Below the pieces are notes generated by a model. The model saw only the letters and a list, made by a program, of their open reading frames with translations, was not told where the DNA came from and made no database searches. This document shows, piece by piece, positions 50,231 to 61,116 of a stretch of DNA of 64,000 bases (position 1 is the stretch's first letter; every line of letters begins with the position of its first letter). The stretch comes from a candidate division FCPU426 bacterium (GTDB taxonomy: Bacteria; Oederibacteriota; Muellerivitia; Muellerivitales; Muellerivitaceae), in contig CAVTWJ010000005.1 of assembly GCA_963738405.1 (NCBI GenBank), positions 1 through 64,000 on the forward strand. The letters are read 5' to 3'. The position numbers and the translations under genes are program-made.

Positions 50231-51367
50231 CTAATACAAAAGGGTTTGAACCATGTTATCCCGATGAACCGCTTCTTCCGGCGTCGAAGGGCCTAATTTT
50301 TCTCGAATTTCTTTGGTCCTCAACCCTTTTATTTTTTCCAACAGGCTCGAATCGAAACTCGATAGCCCCTTAGCAAATTCCAAGCCGTGAAGGGTTAGAA
50401 TTTTAACCATTTCGCCTTTTTTCCAATCGCCTTTAATCAGTTTGATTCCGGAAGGCAAAAGACTCTTATGACCCTCGAGGGCCTTGCGCGCGCCTTCATC
50501 CACCCAAATTTCCCCTTTGGGCCTCACACTCCAAGCCAGCCATCTTTTACGACTATTCATTTTGACAACGGATGGATAAAAGTAAGTTCCGACTTTGTGA
50601 CCCTCACAAATCTTTTGGAGGATTTTTACGTCCCTGCCATTGGCGATGACCATTGGGATGCCGGACAACATCATTTTTCGCGCAACACGGATTTTAGTGG
50701 CCATACCTCCCGTCCCTACACCGGACCGGGTTCCGGTGGCTCCCCGATCATAACGTTCATCCCATGCGGTGATTTCTGAAATAAGTCTCGCGTTTGGATT
50801 CTGCCTTGGGTCATCCTCGAAGAATCCGTCCGTATCTGTCAAGATGATCAAAAGGTCCGATTCAGTCCAGTGGCTGACCAACATGGCAAGCGTATCGTTG
50901 TCTCCAAACTTTATCTCTTCTACCGCGACCGTATCATTCTCATTCACTACCGGAATAACTTGGTTTCTCAGAAGTTCCAAGAAAGTATTGTGGGCATTGG
51001 TATAGCGTTCTCGATCCGACAAATCCTCTTGTGTTAAGAGGATTTGAGCCACCTTGAGGTTTTTATTTTTAAACAATGTCTGATAGGCCTGCATCAATCG
51101 GCATTGGCCAATGGCCGCTAAGGCTTGAAGCCGTGGAATTTCCCTGGGACGCTTTTTAAGATTCAATTCATGCATTCCCGCGGCAATCGCGCCAGAAGTG
51201 ACAATGATCGTTTTAACTCCCCCAACCTGAAGACTATGAATTTGTTTGGCCAGCGAGCGCAAAAAATGGTTTTGAATCCCCTTGGTTTTACCCTCGGTCA
51301 ATAAACTGCTCCCAACCTTCACAACAATGCGTTTGATGGGAGGCAATTTCCTGCGGTCAGCTTTCAT
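50231..51367 (-). CDS. proB: Glutamate 5-kinase
   Basis: VVKVGSSLL, NENDTV, FGDNDTL, GTGGMATK, PUA domain. Confidence 0.96.
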   Translation of the reverse strand: MKADRRKLPPIKRIVVKVGSSLLTEGKTKGIQNHFLRSLAKQIHSLQVGGVKTIIVTSGAIAAGMHELNLKKRPREIPRLQALAAIGQCRLMQAYQTLFKNKNLKVAQILLTQEDLSDRERYTNAHNTFLELLRNQVIPVVNENDTVAVEEIKFGDNDTLAMLVSHWTESDLLIILTDTDGFFEDDPRQNPNARLISEITAWDERYDRGATGTRSGVGTGGMATKIRVARKMMLSGIPMVIANGRDVKILQKICEGHKVGTYFYPSVVKMNSRKRWLAWSVRPKGEIWVDEGARKALEGHKSLLPSGIKLIKGDWKKGEMVKILTLHGLEFAKGLSSFDSSLLEKIKGLRTKEIREKLGPSTPEEAVHRDNMVQTLLY

Positions 51368-52652
51368 GGCGGGTCTCCAAGCGATTGGGTTCGTAAAAAA
51401 GTTCTTTATTCCCCAAAAAAACGGTGTCACCCGGCTTCGCGCCTTGGCGGTGCAGTTCGCCGATCACCCCCAAGCGTTTGAGGATCTTTTGAAATCTTTC
51501 GAGGCCGTCCCGGCTTTCAAACCGGGTCATGGCGACCCATTTATCCACTTCGCGCCCCGAAACATGATATCCGCTTCCTTCCTTCCAGACCCGGAAACGG
51601 GCTTTGACTTCGTATTTTACTTCTGATTCGGGCCCTATTTCATCCATCAGGGGCAAGGGTTCCTGGACCCTTTTCCATGTTTCTTCCAAAAGGGCCGCCA
51701 GACCTTCTCCCGATACGGCCGAGATCAGAAAAACTTTTATTCCCTTTTTAGAAAAACTTTTCGCCCAAGCCAAGGCTTTCTCCTTTTCCAAGAGGGCGTC
51801 CGCCTTGGTCAAGACGAGAATCTGCGGTGTTTTTTTAAATCGGGCGCTGTGATTAAAAAGTTCCCGGTCAATGGTCTTAATTTGACGCTGAAGGTCCTTC
51901 AAATCTTTGACCGACGTTAAGTCGACGAGGTGAAGAAGAAGCCGGGTGCGTTCGAGATGCCTTAAAAATTTGATCCCCAAGCCCTTTCCCTGGCTTGCCC
52001 CTTCAATCAGCCCCGGCATATCGGCCATTACAAAATTTCTATTTTCAGAAAGGGAAATGACGCCCAGCTGGGGTTCCAGTGTCGTGAACGGATAATCGGC
52101 GATTTTGGGGCGGGCCTTCGAAACTCTTGAAAGGAGAGTGGATTTCCCGGCGTTCGGAAAGCCTAAGAGCCCCACATCCGCGAGGAGTTTAAGCTCCAAC
52201 CGCAATACTTTTGTTTCTCCAGGTTCCCCATTTTCCGCCAAGCGGGGCGCCTTTTGAGTCGCGGTGGCAAAAGTTGTGTTTCCTCGGCCGCCACGGCCGC
52301 CTCTGGCCACGAGAAATCTTTGGCCGTTCTCCCGCATATCGGTGATGAGCTCGTGATCCGGGGACCAGACCATGGTGCCCACCGGAACATGGATGACCAC
52401 CGGCTCGGCGGCCCTGCCATGCTGATTTTTGCCCTTGCCGTGTTCGCCGTGTTTGGCGCGGAAGAGAGGGCGGTATATAAAATCCACGAGGGTTCGGGTA
52501 TCGAGGCGCGCTTCCAGAATTATATCCCCGCCGCGGCCGCCATTGCCGCCGTCCGGTCCGCCGCGGGGAATATATTTTTCCCTTCGGAAGCTGGAACAAC
52601 CGTTCCCCCCCTGCCCCGCTTCCACCGTGATTACCGCTTCATCAACAATCAT
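51357..52652 (-). CDS. obgE: GTPase Obg
   Basis: GGPDGGNGGRGG, GFPNAGKST, YPFTT, DMPG; C-terminal DUF1967-type domain. Confidence 0.97.
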   Translation of the reverse strand: MIVDEAVITVEAGQGGNGCSSFRREKYIPRGGPDGGNGGRGGDIILEARLDTRTLVDFIYRPLFRAKHGEHGKGKNQHGRAAEPVVIHVPVGTMVWSPDHELITDMRENGQRFLVARGGRGGRGNTTFATATQKAPRLAENGEPGETKVLRLELKLLADVGLLGFPNAGKSTLLSRVSKARPKIADYPFTTLEPQLGVISLSENRNFVMADMPGLIEGASQGKGLGIKFLRHLERTRLLLHLVDLTSVKDLKDLQRQIKTIDRELFNHSARFKKTPQILVLTKADALLEKEKALAWAKSFSKKGIKVFLISAVSGEGLAALLEETWKRVQEPLPLMDEIGPESEVKYEVKARFRVWKEGSGYHVSGREVDKWVAMTRFESRDGLERFQKILKRLGVIGELHRQGAKPGDTVFLGNKELFYEPNRLETRHES

Positions 52653-52687
52653 GAGATCAGCTTTCAAACATAATGAGACTGCCCACA

Positions 52688-52719
52688 AATAAAAAAACCC
52701 CGCCCTTTGGGACGGGGTT
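52688..52719 (-). terminator. Intrinsic terminator after rpmA
   Basis: AACCCCGTCCC-AAA-GGGCGGGGTT followed by a T tract. Confidence 0.75.
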
Positions 52720-52733
52720 GGGACAAAGGAGTG

Positions 52734-52994
52734 CTAAACAGTCTGGGGTGCGACGCTTACTTTCTTCGTGCCACCTCGAAATTCCCTGAAACTTACTTCT
52801 CCGGAAATCTTGGCGAACAGAGTATCGTCCTTGCCCACACCCACATTGAGGCCGGGTTTGTACCGAAGGCCTCTTTGACGAACGAGAATGCTTCCCGCCG
52901 TCACAAAATTTCCGCCGTGCGCCTTGATTCCCAGACGCTGGCTATTGCTATCTCTGCCGTTCCGGGTGGAACCACCCGCTTTATGCTGACCCAT
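52734..52994 (-). CDS. rpmA: 50S ribosomal protein L27
   Basis: [13 protein letters not shown]...GSILVRQRG. Confidence 0.97.
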   Translation of the reverse strand: MGQHKAGGSTRNGRDSNSQRLGIKAHGGNFVTAGSILVRQRGLRYKPGLNVGVGKDDTLFAKISGEVSFREFRGGTKKVSVAPQTV

Positions 52995-53013
52995 TTTCCT
53001 GCTCCCTTTTCAA

Positions 53014-53328
53014 TTATGACTGAATGATTTTTTCGATGGTCACCGAGGTAAACTTGGGGCGTGAACCCTTCGTTTTCATGGTGTTTTTCCGGCGAGTGTA
53101 GCGAAAAACCCGGATTTTTTTCCCTTGGGAATTTACAAGTATCTTTCCCTGCACCTTTGCTTTTTTGACTTCATCATGTTTGATCTTCAAGTGGCCATTG
53201 TCTTCTAATAGAAGGACTTGACTGAATTCAATTGCATCTCCGGGATTGCCACCCAGACGGTCCACCTTAATCACGTCCCCTTCGGCAACACGGTATTGTT
53301 TTCCCCCGGTTTGTATGACGGCGTACAT
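53014..53328 (-). CDS. rplU: 50S ribosomal protein L21
   Basis: MYAVIQTGGKQYRV. Confidence 0.97.
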   Translation of the reverse strand: MYAVIQTGGKQYRVAEGDVIKVDRLGGNPGDAIEFSQVLLLEDNGHLKIKHDEVKKAKVQGKILVNSQGKKIRVFRYTRRKNTMKTKGSRPKFTSVTIEKIIQS

Positions 53329-53377
53329 TCAAAACCTCCTGAAAATGTGGCCCTATTAGCCGAGCCAAAGAAAAGTG

Positions 53378-53406
53378 AGTTTATTCAGGGGAAATGCTCT
53401 TGTCAA
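53378..53406 (-). promoter_or_regulatory. Sigma70-like promoter of rplU
   Basis: TTGACA-N17-TAAACT. Confidence 0.65.
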
Positions 53407-53418
53407 GCATTTGTCGGC

Positions 53419-54351
53419 CTAATACCAAAGAAGAAGACCGAATAAACTGGTACTGGTAATGAAACTGGAACTAATTTGGGAGGGTCTCCAGGCATAACCC
53501 AATTCATACTCCAGTTTCCCAAGATTGTATCTAAGACCGGCCCCGGCGGAAAATCCCCCGTTTAGGTTGTTCGGATCACTAAACCGGTAGCCGACCCTTA
53601 GCGCGAGGATACTGCGGTGCCAATATTCAACCCCAACGGATGCTTGATTCCCTTCGCCCTGGACGTAAAACCCTTCTACGCTTGATAAAAGAGTAGATGT
53701 AGGGGAAACAATTAAGGGCCGGGATAATGCCAATCGAAATGTTAGGGGAAGAGGGTCTTGTGAACCATCGCTGGGTTGATATTGAACCGCCGGGCCGATG
53801 TTTTGGGCGACTAAGGCGATATCGGTTTCCAACAATTGAACCTTGAAACCTAAATCCAAAGCCTCCACAAACGCCTGTTTATCTCCAAGGACCGAATAGA
53901 GCGTTTTTAACGCCCCCCCTACCGCGATAGCGCCAAACTGTTGAGCATCGGCTACCGTTAAAAGATAGTCACTCACATTCACCGGGGGATCTGTGGCAAG
54001 AGTATTCGAGATGGGCGGCATATGCCGAAAAATTAATTGTCCCCCTATATTTCCATAGTTTTGTGTGGGGACCGCCACAGAAAGCGCTTCGGTTTCTACT
54101 CCCGCAAACCCTTCTACATGATCGAGTCCCAAACTATATTTGGATACACGAGACAAGCCAGCCGGATTATAACCAATGACATAAACGTCATCGCCGAATG
54201 CCGCATAGGTTCCGCCCAAGGCCGCTGGCCGAACACCAATAGGGCTTTTCAAAAGATCCGCGCCGGTGGTTCCGGCGTCCTGACCTAATAAACGCACGGG
54301 AACGAAAAATAAAAGAAAAAGGAAAAGAGGCGTGGGTTGCGAATGTCTCAT
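53419..54351 (-). CDS. PorV/PorQ(UPF0164)-like outer membrane barrel
   Basis: GTTGADLLK.PIGVRPAALGGTY...YNPAGLS; ALRVGY; aromatic C-terminus. Confidence 0.8.
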   Translation of the reverse strand: MRHSQPTPLFLFLLFFVPVRLLGQDAGTTGADLLKSPIGVRPAALGGTYAAFGDDVYVIGYNPAGLSRVSKYSLGLDHVEGFAGVETEALSVAVPTQNYGNIGGQLIFRHMPPISNTLATDPPVNVSDYLLTVADAQQFGAIAVGGALKTLYSVLGDKQAFVEALDLGFKVQLLETDIALVAQNIGPAVQYQPSDGSQDPLPLTFRLALSRPLIVSPTSTLLSSVEGFYVQGEGNQASVGVEYWHRSILALRVGYRFSDPNNLNGGFSAGAGLRYNLGKLEYELGYAWRPSQISSSFITSTSLFGLLLWY

Positions 54352-54398
54352 TGAGCCAAACTAACACCCCCTTCAGGAAGGGGTCAAGAAGAGACGCC

Positions 54399-55937
54399 TT
54401 AGAGCTCCCCCCTTAAACCCAAACCGACGATTGTGGGGGATGAAAAGCCCGAATCCGGCCAGGAAACATTCCCTGTCGGAGATTGCGAAACATAGGCATA
54501 GAGGCCAAGATAGGGTTTCCATCGCCATTCGGCTCCCCATTCCCCCGCCAAATTCATTCCCAATGTTTTGCGCAACAGAACCCAGACGCTTGATCGGTCA
54601 GAAAAATTCAATCTCATTTCAGAACCGAAATCGTAGTCCCAATTTCCCGCAGAATCTTCCAAACATTCAATGGTCCATTGGGTCTCGAAAGAAGATATCC
54701 CCAAGACACGCGGAAGGGGCACCAGAAATTCACCCTGTCCCCGGCCGCCATCCTGGTTCCCCGAAGGTAGCGCAAGGTGAAGATACCCAAATCTCAGACG
54801 CCAGCGATTGTCGTTTTGGAAACCAACTCCGCCCTCCGCTTCCAATAGGTCCCCATTGGGTTGAACCGATTTGGATCCTTCTAAAAATATATTCCAGTCA
54901 TCCTGTACAAACTTCACTCCGGATACCCAGCTGAATTCGGTTGGCACTTCATTTGAGAAATCAAAACGAAAGGATCCGTGGGCGGTCAAGACACCGATCA
55001 AGTCAATCCATTCTGAATTCTGGACGTAGCCCTTCGAAACCTGACTTGAAATCCCTGATAAACTCCAATTTTGGAAATCCAACCCCATACCCCATTGGCT
55101 TTGAATCATCTCGGCCAAGTCGATTTTTCCACGCAAACGGCCGCCACCTTCTTGAACCGATTGATCACCATCCGTTGAGAAAGCCCAATAGGGCTTGAGG
55201 GTGGCGGTCAGCCATTCCCCATCAGTCCAGGTTAATTTGGGGCTGAGAACCGCCCAATTCAGTGTTGAGGATTCTTGAAGGGCCAACCCCAAAAGAGAAA
55301 GTTGCCAAAAATCATCCTGATATGGAACCGCGCTCGCTTCCAAGCCGTAGGACGGGTCGGATGAACTAATTCCATTCGAATTGGTTTGACGGGCGGAAAG
55401 AGAAAAAGAATAATTTTTTGCGTCCATCTCAAAAAATCCATTTTCGGAAATGTTTCCGGCTATCCCTCCCGAATACTTCAGATGGGTCTCATCCTGTGTT
55501 GTCAAATCTCGAACCACAACCGCTCCCGCGGCCCCTTCAGGTCCCAACCAAGCCTCTGAAGGAAGGTCAAACCAATCGGCGGTCCATCCTCCTGGAAAAT
55601 TAGAAAGAAAAGGCGTCATGCCAAACGGATTGGCTATGTCCTCGAAGAAAAGGCCCGAAGAAGTAGAAAAAGCCCCAATCCCAGGATGATTTTGGGGATT
55701 GTTCAAATTCCAACCCGGGAGACCCGCGCCTGATCCGTTGAGGTTGTGATATTCCCTGTTTTCCGAAAACCTTTGGATGTCCGGTGGAAGGTCCCCCAAA
55801 TATTGATCGACACCGGAAAAGTTCAAAACTTCCCCTTCCCGAAAGGGCTGATAGGGGTCCGGGGAAACTTGAGCAGATAGGGGGGATACCGCAAGCGTTA
55901 AAAAAAATAAAAAAATGAGTTCAGCCGCTGAGATCAA
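54399..55937 (-). CDS. Putative outer-membrane beta-barrel, with possible degenerate TonB-receptor plug
   Basis: Signal peptide after TTG 55937 (GGGAGG RBS); WLGPEGAAGAVVV plug-like motif; amphipathic strands. Confidence 0.6.
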   Translation of the reverse strand: MISAAELIFLFFLTLAVSPLSAQVSPDPYQPFREGEVLNFSGVDQYLGDLPPDIQRFSENREYHNLNGSGAGLPGWNLNNPQNHPGIGAFSTSSGLFFEDIANPFGMTPFLSNFPGGWTADWFDLPSEAWLGPEGAAGAVVVRDLTTQDETHLKYSGGIAGNISENGFFEMDAKNYSFSLSARQTNSNGISSSDPSYGLEASAVPYQDDFWQLSLLGLALQESSTLNWAVLSPKLTWTDGEWLTATLKPYWAFSTDGDQSVQEGGGRLRGKIDLAEMIQSQWGMGLDFQNWSLSGISSQVSKGYVQNSEWIDLIGVLTAHGSFRFDFSNEVPTEFSWVSGVKFVQDDWNIFLEGSKSVQPNGDLLEAEGGVGFQNDNRWRLRFGYLHLALPSGNQDGGRGQGEFLVPLPRVLGISSFETQWTIECLEDSAGNWDYDFGSEMRLNFSDRSSVWVLLRKTLGMNLAGEWGAEWRWKPYLGLYAYVSQSPTGNVSWPDSGFSSPTIVGLGLRGEL

Positions 55938-55963
55938 ACCATCCTCCCGGGAAACTGCGGAAA

Positions 55964-56040
<77 letters not shown>

Positions 56041-56064
56041 TTAAGATCAGCCTAAACCCTAAAG

Positions 56065-57870
56065 CTAATTATGACTCAACTGCTCGATGGACTGAAGCTT
56101 GGCCATGGCCTTGCTGATATTATTCTTGGCGTTTACGTTAGTGGGATCCAACTTCAAACAATCTTGCCACTTTTGTACAGCCTCGTGAATATTGCCGTTA
56201 ATATAATTGTTCACCCCTTCGTAGTAAAGCGCCTTGACCTTGTCCGCGTCGACCTTTTCCTGGGACTGTTGGCCGGTCATTTGTTGGATTTGATCGTTGG
56301 CTTTCTCGTTGTTTGGATCAATGGAAAGAACACTCTCGTATTTTGACTTCGCGTTCACCTTGTCGCCGGAAGCAAACAACGTGTCACCCTCTTGCAATAA
56401 ACTGTCGACTTTAGTTCGTGTTTCCTTTTTGATGCGGAATAGATTCTCCTTCACTTCTACGTTGGTTGGATCTATGCGGTAGGCGGCTTCCATGGCTTCC
56501 AATGCCGATTTCAAATCTCCGGCTCCCATTTTCTTTTTTCCAACGGCCAGTGATTTTTCCAAATCCGCCACTTGAAGGGCTTTGATCTTACGAATTTTTG
56601 CCTGTACTGTTGAACTCGAAGGATTAACTTTTTTAGCCATTTGGTATTTCGCTAAGGCCCCGGAGTAATCCTTCTCGGCTGCCAATTCGTTTCCCTCGGC
56701 CAAAAGGGCCTTCACCTGCTCGCCGTTCGCCACCTTCGTGCTGGCAATAGCGTTCTTTACCTCCGCATTGTCAGGATCCATTTCCAAAGCCGCATTCCAT
56801 TCGCTCAATGCCTTTAAATTATCCTTGTTTTTTTGAAATTTCAGACCTGCCTGATAGTGCTTCTCGACCTCGGTTTCCAATTTCTTTTTCGCGTCGGCGA
56901 TAAAATCATTAGCCTGTTTGTTGATGATGGCATCAGGTTGGTATGTAAGAACTTTCTGCCATTCGGCGATGGCATCCGAATAGCGGTTGTTCAACAAAAA
57001 ACCATTGGCCTTGTCCATATGGGCGTTGATAGCAGCGTCAATGGCCTGGGCCTTCCCCACCGCAGCGTTTGAATCCTTGGGGTTCAATTTAAAAGCATGA
57101 TCAAAGGCATCCTCCGCCTCGTCATAAAGGCTGTTATCGTAGTAAGCTACCGCCAAGTTGTAGTAGGTTTCATCCAATGAGTTTACGTCTTGGGACGCAG
57201 CGGGTTTAGTGGTTTCAATCTCGATTGATTTCTTGAAGTTCTCGATGGCCTGATTAAAATTGCCCAGGTTGTAATAAGAAAAACCCAGGTACTTATAGGT
57301 AGGGGCATCTTTTTGTATTAGAACCGCCTTTTCCATATAACCAACAGCTTCTTTGTATTGCTTTTGTTGGTAATTTAAGACCCCAAGATCAAATAGTGCA
57401 TTGAAGTTTGCGTCATCATTGTTGAGTTTCAAATCTAATATTTGTTGCTCCAGTTCTTCGGCGCCATTGTAATTTTTTTGACTCATCGCGATTTTGGATT
57501 GGCATTGATATAGATACAGCATGATATCTTTATTATCGGGTTTGATTTTCAAGACATTTTGAAAATGGGTGATCGCAGTTGAACAATCCTGTTTTAAAAA
57601 AGCAGAAATCCCCAGACAGCTTTCCATCAACTCGCGGGACTGCGAATCGTTTGGATTCAGCCTGACACAGGTTTCAAATTCCGGTTCAGCCAAATCATAT
57701 TGGGATTGTTTTAAATAGCTAACCCCCAAATTGAAATGAGCCGTTGGATCATTGGGGTTGGATTTGATGGCGTCTTGCAAAGCTTGAATCTTGGCGTCTT
57801 GTGCCTTCAGTAACAACGGGAAAAGGAAAAGTAGAAGGAGGGAAAAACAAAACAAGGGATTCCTTCTCAT
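56065..57870 (-). CDS. Exported multi-TPR protein
   Basis: Signal peptide and many TPR repeats (AHFNLG, YYNLA, LxxDPxN). Confidence 0.88.
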   Translation of the reverse strand: MRRNPLFCFSLLLLFLFPLLLKAQDAKIQALQDAIKSNPNDPTAHFNLGVSYLKQSQYDLAEPEFETCVRLNPNDSQSRELMESCLGISAFLKQDCSTAITHFQNVLKIKPDNKDIMLYLYQCQSKIAMSQKNYNGAEELEQQILDLKLNNDDANFNALFDLGVLNYQQKQYKEAVGYMEKAVLIQKDAPTYKYLGFSYYNLGNFNQAIENFKKSIEIETTKPAASQDVNSLDETYYNLAVAYYDNSLYDEAEDAFDHAFKLNPKDSNAAVGKAQAIDAAINAHMDKANGFLLNNRYSDAIAEWQKVLTYQPDAIINKQANDFIADAKKKLETEVEKHYQAGLKFQKNKDNLKALSEWNAALEMDPDNAEVKNAIASTKVANGEQVKALLAEGNELAAEKDYSGALAKYQMAKKVNPSSSTVQAKIRKIKALQVADLEKSLAVGKKKMGAGDLKSALEAMEAAYRIDPTNVEVKENLFRIKKETRTKVDSLLQEGDTLFASGDKVNAKSKYESVLSIDPNNEKANDQIQQMTGQQSQEKVDADKVKALYYEGVNNYINGNIHEAVQKWQDCLKLDPTNVNAKNNISKAMAKLQSIEQLSHN

Positions 57871-57894
57871 GAGAAAAACCTCCAAATAATTTAG

Positions 57895-59130
57895 TTAGGG
57901 ATTAGAAGTTGTTGCGTCAAGAATCAGCAGGTCATCGACTGGATTCGTTCCGCCTTGTTGGCAGCGGATCATTGTGCCATCGAAAGACCATGACAATTCG
58001 GAAGTATAGTCAAAATGTTGCGCTGTTTTCAACCAAGTTACATTCAACCCATCCGCAGTCATAACCCATATTTTTCTATCCCAAACAAAGGCAATTTTGT
58101 TACCAGCCGGATGAAAAGCTGGATGAAACCCAAGAGTAGGGATGGGAGTAGATGCAGTGAAGTATAAAGTCTTCGTTATATTTTTATTTAGATTCGTTTT
58201 TTCCAGTTTCCGCTTTTTCCCCGCGAGTCGTTCATAAACCAAGGATTGACTGTCCGCGCTCCAAGTCGGAAGCTCCGCCCCGAAGGTTTGCGGGAGCAAT
58301 TTGAAACTTACTTCATTAGAGTTGGGCAAAACCTTTGCGCTATAAAGATAGTAGATTCCGTTCTTCGCTTTTTTTCTCGAAACTAAAATTTGTCCGTCAG
58401 GCGAGAGTAATCCCGACTCCGCACCGGTAGGACTGGGCACAAAGTCGGCGGTAAAGCTATTGTTAAAGACAGTTTCAGATTTAATCCAAAGTGCCGTGGA
58501 ATCACAATTCTCAATCAGCGCCTCCCTTCTAATCCTATCCTGTAGAGCTTCCACCCTTGCCCTTTGCTCGGGCGCAACCAAAGCCGCGGGATAGGCTTCA
58601 ACAAGCGCTCGCACCAATTCTCCGGAATCTTTGTATTTTTTTTGATAAAAAAGGGTGGTTGCTGAACTGAGCTGAGAAGAAATAACTGTTTGTACCGCAT
58701 TGTGAATCTGAGCGTCTGAAAAACACATGTCCAAAGCCTTTTTGGAGTACTCGACTGCTTTGTTTTGGTCTTTTAGTTGGTTCCGGTAGAGATCCGCCAT
58801 TTTAAGTAATCCACGGAGATCCTCATCGGTGCCAGGGAATTCAGAATCGATTTTTTCATACCAACTGATGGCTTCGTCATATTGTGACCCAGAGATATCC
58901 ATAGCAGCCATCCTTGAATAGATAACCGCCTTCAGTTCAGTCTGGGGATGGTTTTTAAGATAATCTTGATAGGCCTTTAACGCCTGTTCCCGAAGGCCCT
59001 TTCGATCCAAGTCAGATGCCGTTTCGAACGAATCTGAAAAAATATGACATCCCCCCAAAAACAAAGTCAGGACCAAAAAACATCCCAGGATATTTGGGCT
59101 TTTAGGATTAAGGCTCAAGTCAAACTCCAA
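57895..59130 (-). CDS. Lipoprotein with TPR and TolB/PD40-like repeats
   Basis: Lipobox LGGC, TPRs, SPDG / PTWSAD / PAFHPAG / SWSFDG repeats. Confidence 0.75.
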   Translation of the reverse strand: MEFDLSLNPKSPNILGCFLVLTLFLGGCHIFSDSFETASDLDRKGLREQALKAYQDYLKNHPQTELKAVIYSRMAAMDISGSQYDEAISWYEKIDSEFPGTDEDLRGLLKMADLYRNQLKDQNKAVEYSKKALDMCFSDAQIHNAVQTVISSQLSSATTLFYQKKYKDSGELVRALVEAYPAALVAPEQRARVEALQDRIRREALIENCDSTALWIKSETVFNNSFTADFVPSPTGAESGLLSPDGQILVSRKKAKNGIYYLYSAKVLPNSNEVSFKLLPQTFGAELPTWSADSQSLVYERLAGKKRKLEKTNLNKNITKTLYFTASTPIPTLGFHPAFHPAGNKIAFVWDRKIWVMTADGLNVTWLKTAQHFDYTSELSWSFDGTMIRCQQGGTNPVDDLLILDATTSNP

Positions 59131-59131
59131 T

Positions 59132-60877
59132 TTACTTCGTTAGTATGATGATATCGACTCGACGGTTTCGCATATGCGCAATTTCGGTCCCCGATATTTC
59201 CAACGGCGCTGCGGTTCCATGTCCTCGCGCATAGAGGTTATCGGGAGAAATATTTTCTTTTTCAACTAAAAACCGCATGACGGAATCCGCGCGATACTGG
59301 GAAAGTCTAAGTGACTCATCCTCACTTCCTTCATCATCCGCATGCCCTTCGATATAAACCCTGGAATTGGGATATTTACGGATGAGACGAGCCACTTGAG
59401 CTAGATAGTTTTCATAGTCGAGGGACACCTCACTATTGCCCTCTCGGAATGACAGGCTCGGCAATTTGATGACACCCGACAAACCAAGGGGTTGAACATT
59501 CTCGGGCATCTTAGGCGGGGCTGGCGGTCTTGGAGCCGCGGCCTCCACCGCAAATACAGGCGCTTCCCTCTCTCCGATTGCGGTTGGAGAAACCCTGAAA
59601 ATGGGGTCGCTGGCTAAAACTTGTTGCCCCCTCGTATCCACCGTCCTCAAGTTATAGTTCGCGAAAATTCCTCCCGCCACCACATTTCCATTGGCATCCT
59701 TGCCGTCCCAGGCGATTTCCCTTGGGGGAACACCCTTGCCACTATAAGTCCTTAAAATATTTCCTTTTGGATCCGTGATTTCCAATGACCAATTTTTAAT
59801 ATCCGTTCGAGCCATCGGCTTGAGCTCAAAGGTGGCTTGTTTTAGGGAACCTGTTTTGAAATCCGCGATTTGAGGTTGAATTTGAACAGCAACTTGCTTT
59901 GCAGGGGGCTGAATTTTTTCTTCCGGTTCTAACTCGAAGGTTAACGAAAACCTTTGAGTGTCACCCAATGCCCCAAATGGAACTAAAGCGTAATCCAGTT
60001 CCCAGTCTTGGAATTTTACCCCGACCCCCATCGAGGCGCCCGATAAACCTCCCAGATCCTGGTTAAAATCATTCAAACTATAGCCCCCCCGCAGCGCAAC
60101 CGAAACGTTCTTATCCCCGATCCAAACCTCTCCCCCCGCGTTATAAATCGGATCACTATCAATCGCTTTTTGGACATCCACATCCACCACAAAATGCGTG
60201 GGATCCTGTGGTTGAAACCGATAGGCTAAGCCGGCTCGATAAACCATGGGAAGATCTTCTTGGGTTGAATATTGCGAAAAACTGGATAATTGTCCCAAAT
60301 TTTGTACTGAAAGCCCCAGAGTTAATTCTCTGTGATCCGTCGAAAGTAAAAGACCTCCATCTACCGCTTCGCCTGTGGCAGAAAATGTTAGTAAATTACT
60401 GTTAATGAATTTCGCCCCAATCCCGAAGGAAACATTAGGACCAAATGACTGTCCGAACCCGAGTTCAATGGCAAGGTCACTCGCACTTCCAGGAATAGCC
60501 GATGGATTATTGGTTGAATTGAAGGATGGGACAAAATCATAAGAGGCTCCCAATCCCAATGTGCTCCCAGGGTTTAAGGGAACCGCACCCGCTAAAAATT
60601 CATAGTTTGTACCGGCCAAATAGGAAATGTGTTGAGCGTTGATTTCCAAATGTTGGATTTGAGCAAGGCCCGCAGTATTCCAATAGGGCGCGGTGGGATC
60701 GTCCGCAACCGCCGTAAAAGCTCCACCCATGCCCGCGCCACGAACTCCTGTTGGGATTTCCAAGAATTGGACACCTGTCGAACTAATGCTGTCCGCACGT
60801 AAAAGACATGGGGAAATAAATGTAATGAAAAAGATAAAACACAAAACAGCAAAATTAGAGAAATGTCGTTGGGGCAT
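59132..60877 (-). CDS. PorV/PorQ-like barrel + FlgD-Ig + OmpA-like peptidoglycan-binding domain
   Basis: FLEIPTGVRGAGMGGAFTAVADD...WNTAGLA; WDGKDANG; IEGHAD...LSQYRA...NRRVDI. Confidence 0.85.
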   Translation of the reverse strand: MPQRHFSNFAVLCFIFFITFISPCLLRADSISSTGVQFLEIPTGVRGAGMGGAFTAVADDPTAPYWNTAGLAQIQHLEINAQHISYLAGTNYEFLAGAVPLNPGSTLGLGASYDFVPSFNSTNNPSAIPGSASDLAIELGFGQSFGPNVSFGIGAKFINSNLLTFSATGEAVDGGLLLSTDHRELTLGLSVQNLGQLSSFSQYSTQEDLPMVYRAGLAYRFQPQDPTHFVVDVDVQKAIDSDPIYNAGGEVWIGDKNVSVALRGGYSLNDFNQDLGGLSGASMGVGVKFQDWELDYALVPFGALGDTQRFSLTFELEPEEKIQPPAKQVAVQIQPQIADFKTGSLKQATFELKPMARTDIKNWSLEITDPKGNILRTYSGKGVPPREIAWDGKDANGNVVAGGIFANYNLRTVDTRGQQVLASDPIFRVSPTAIGEREAPVFAVEAAAPRPPAPPKMPENVQPLGLSGVIKLPSLSFREGNSEVSLDYENYLAQVARLIRKYPNSRVYIEGHADDEGSEDESLRLSQYRADSVMRFLVEKENISPDNLYARGHGTAAPLEISGTEIAHMRNRRVDIIILTK

Positions 60878-60906
60878 GTAAACCCTGTGATTAAAGGTTT
60901 TTTCGG

Positions 60907-60937
60907 ATTATAACACGTGAAAACCGTGCAGTGTCAA
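60907..60937 (-). promoter_or_regulatory. Sigma70-like promoter of the envelope operon
   Basis: TTGACA-N19-TATAAT with extended -10 (TGn). Confidence 0.55.
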
Positions 60938-61116
60938 CGAACCCCCACCGATACCGCTTATCGACCTCCCTTTCGCCCCAGTAAAGATTTCATAACATCA
61001 GCCCCATCTTAGTCCCCCAACTTCCGAAGCCCAGCCTTCGCGATTGCTACCTCAACAATTGCTGTTATAATGCGCAAGTTTTTCAACCATCCAACACATT
61101 TTTTGGAGTTCATCTC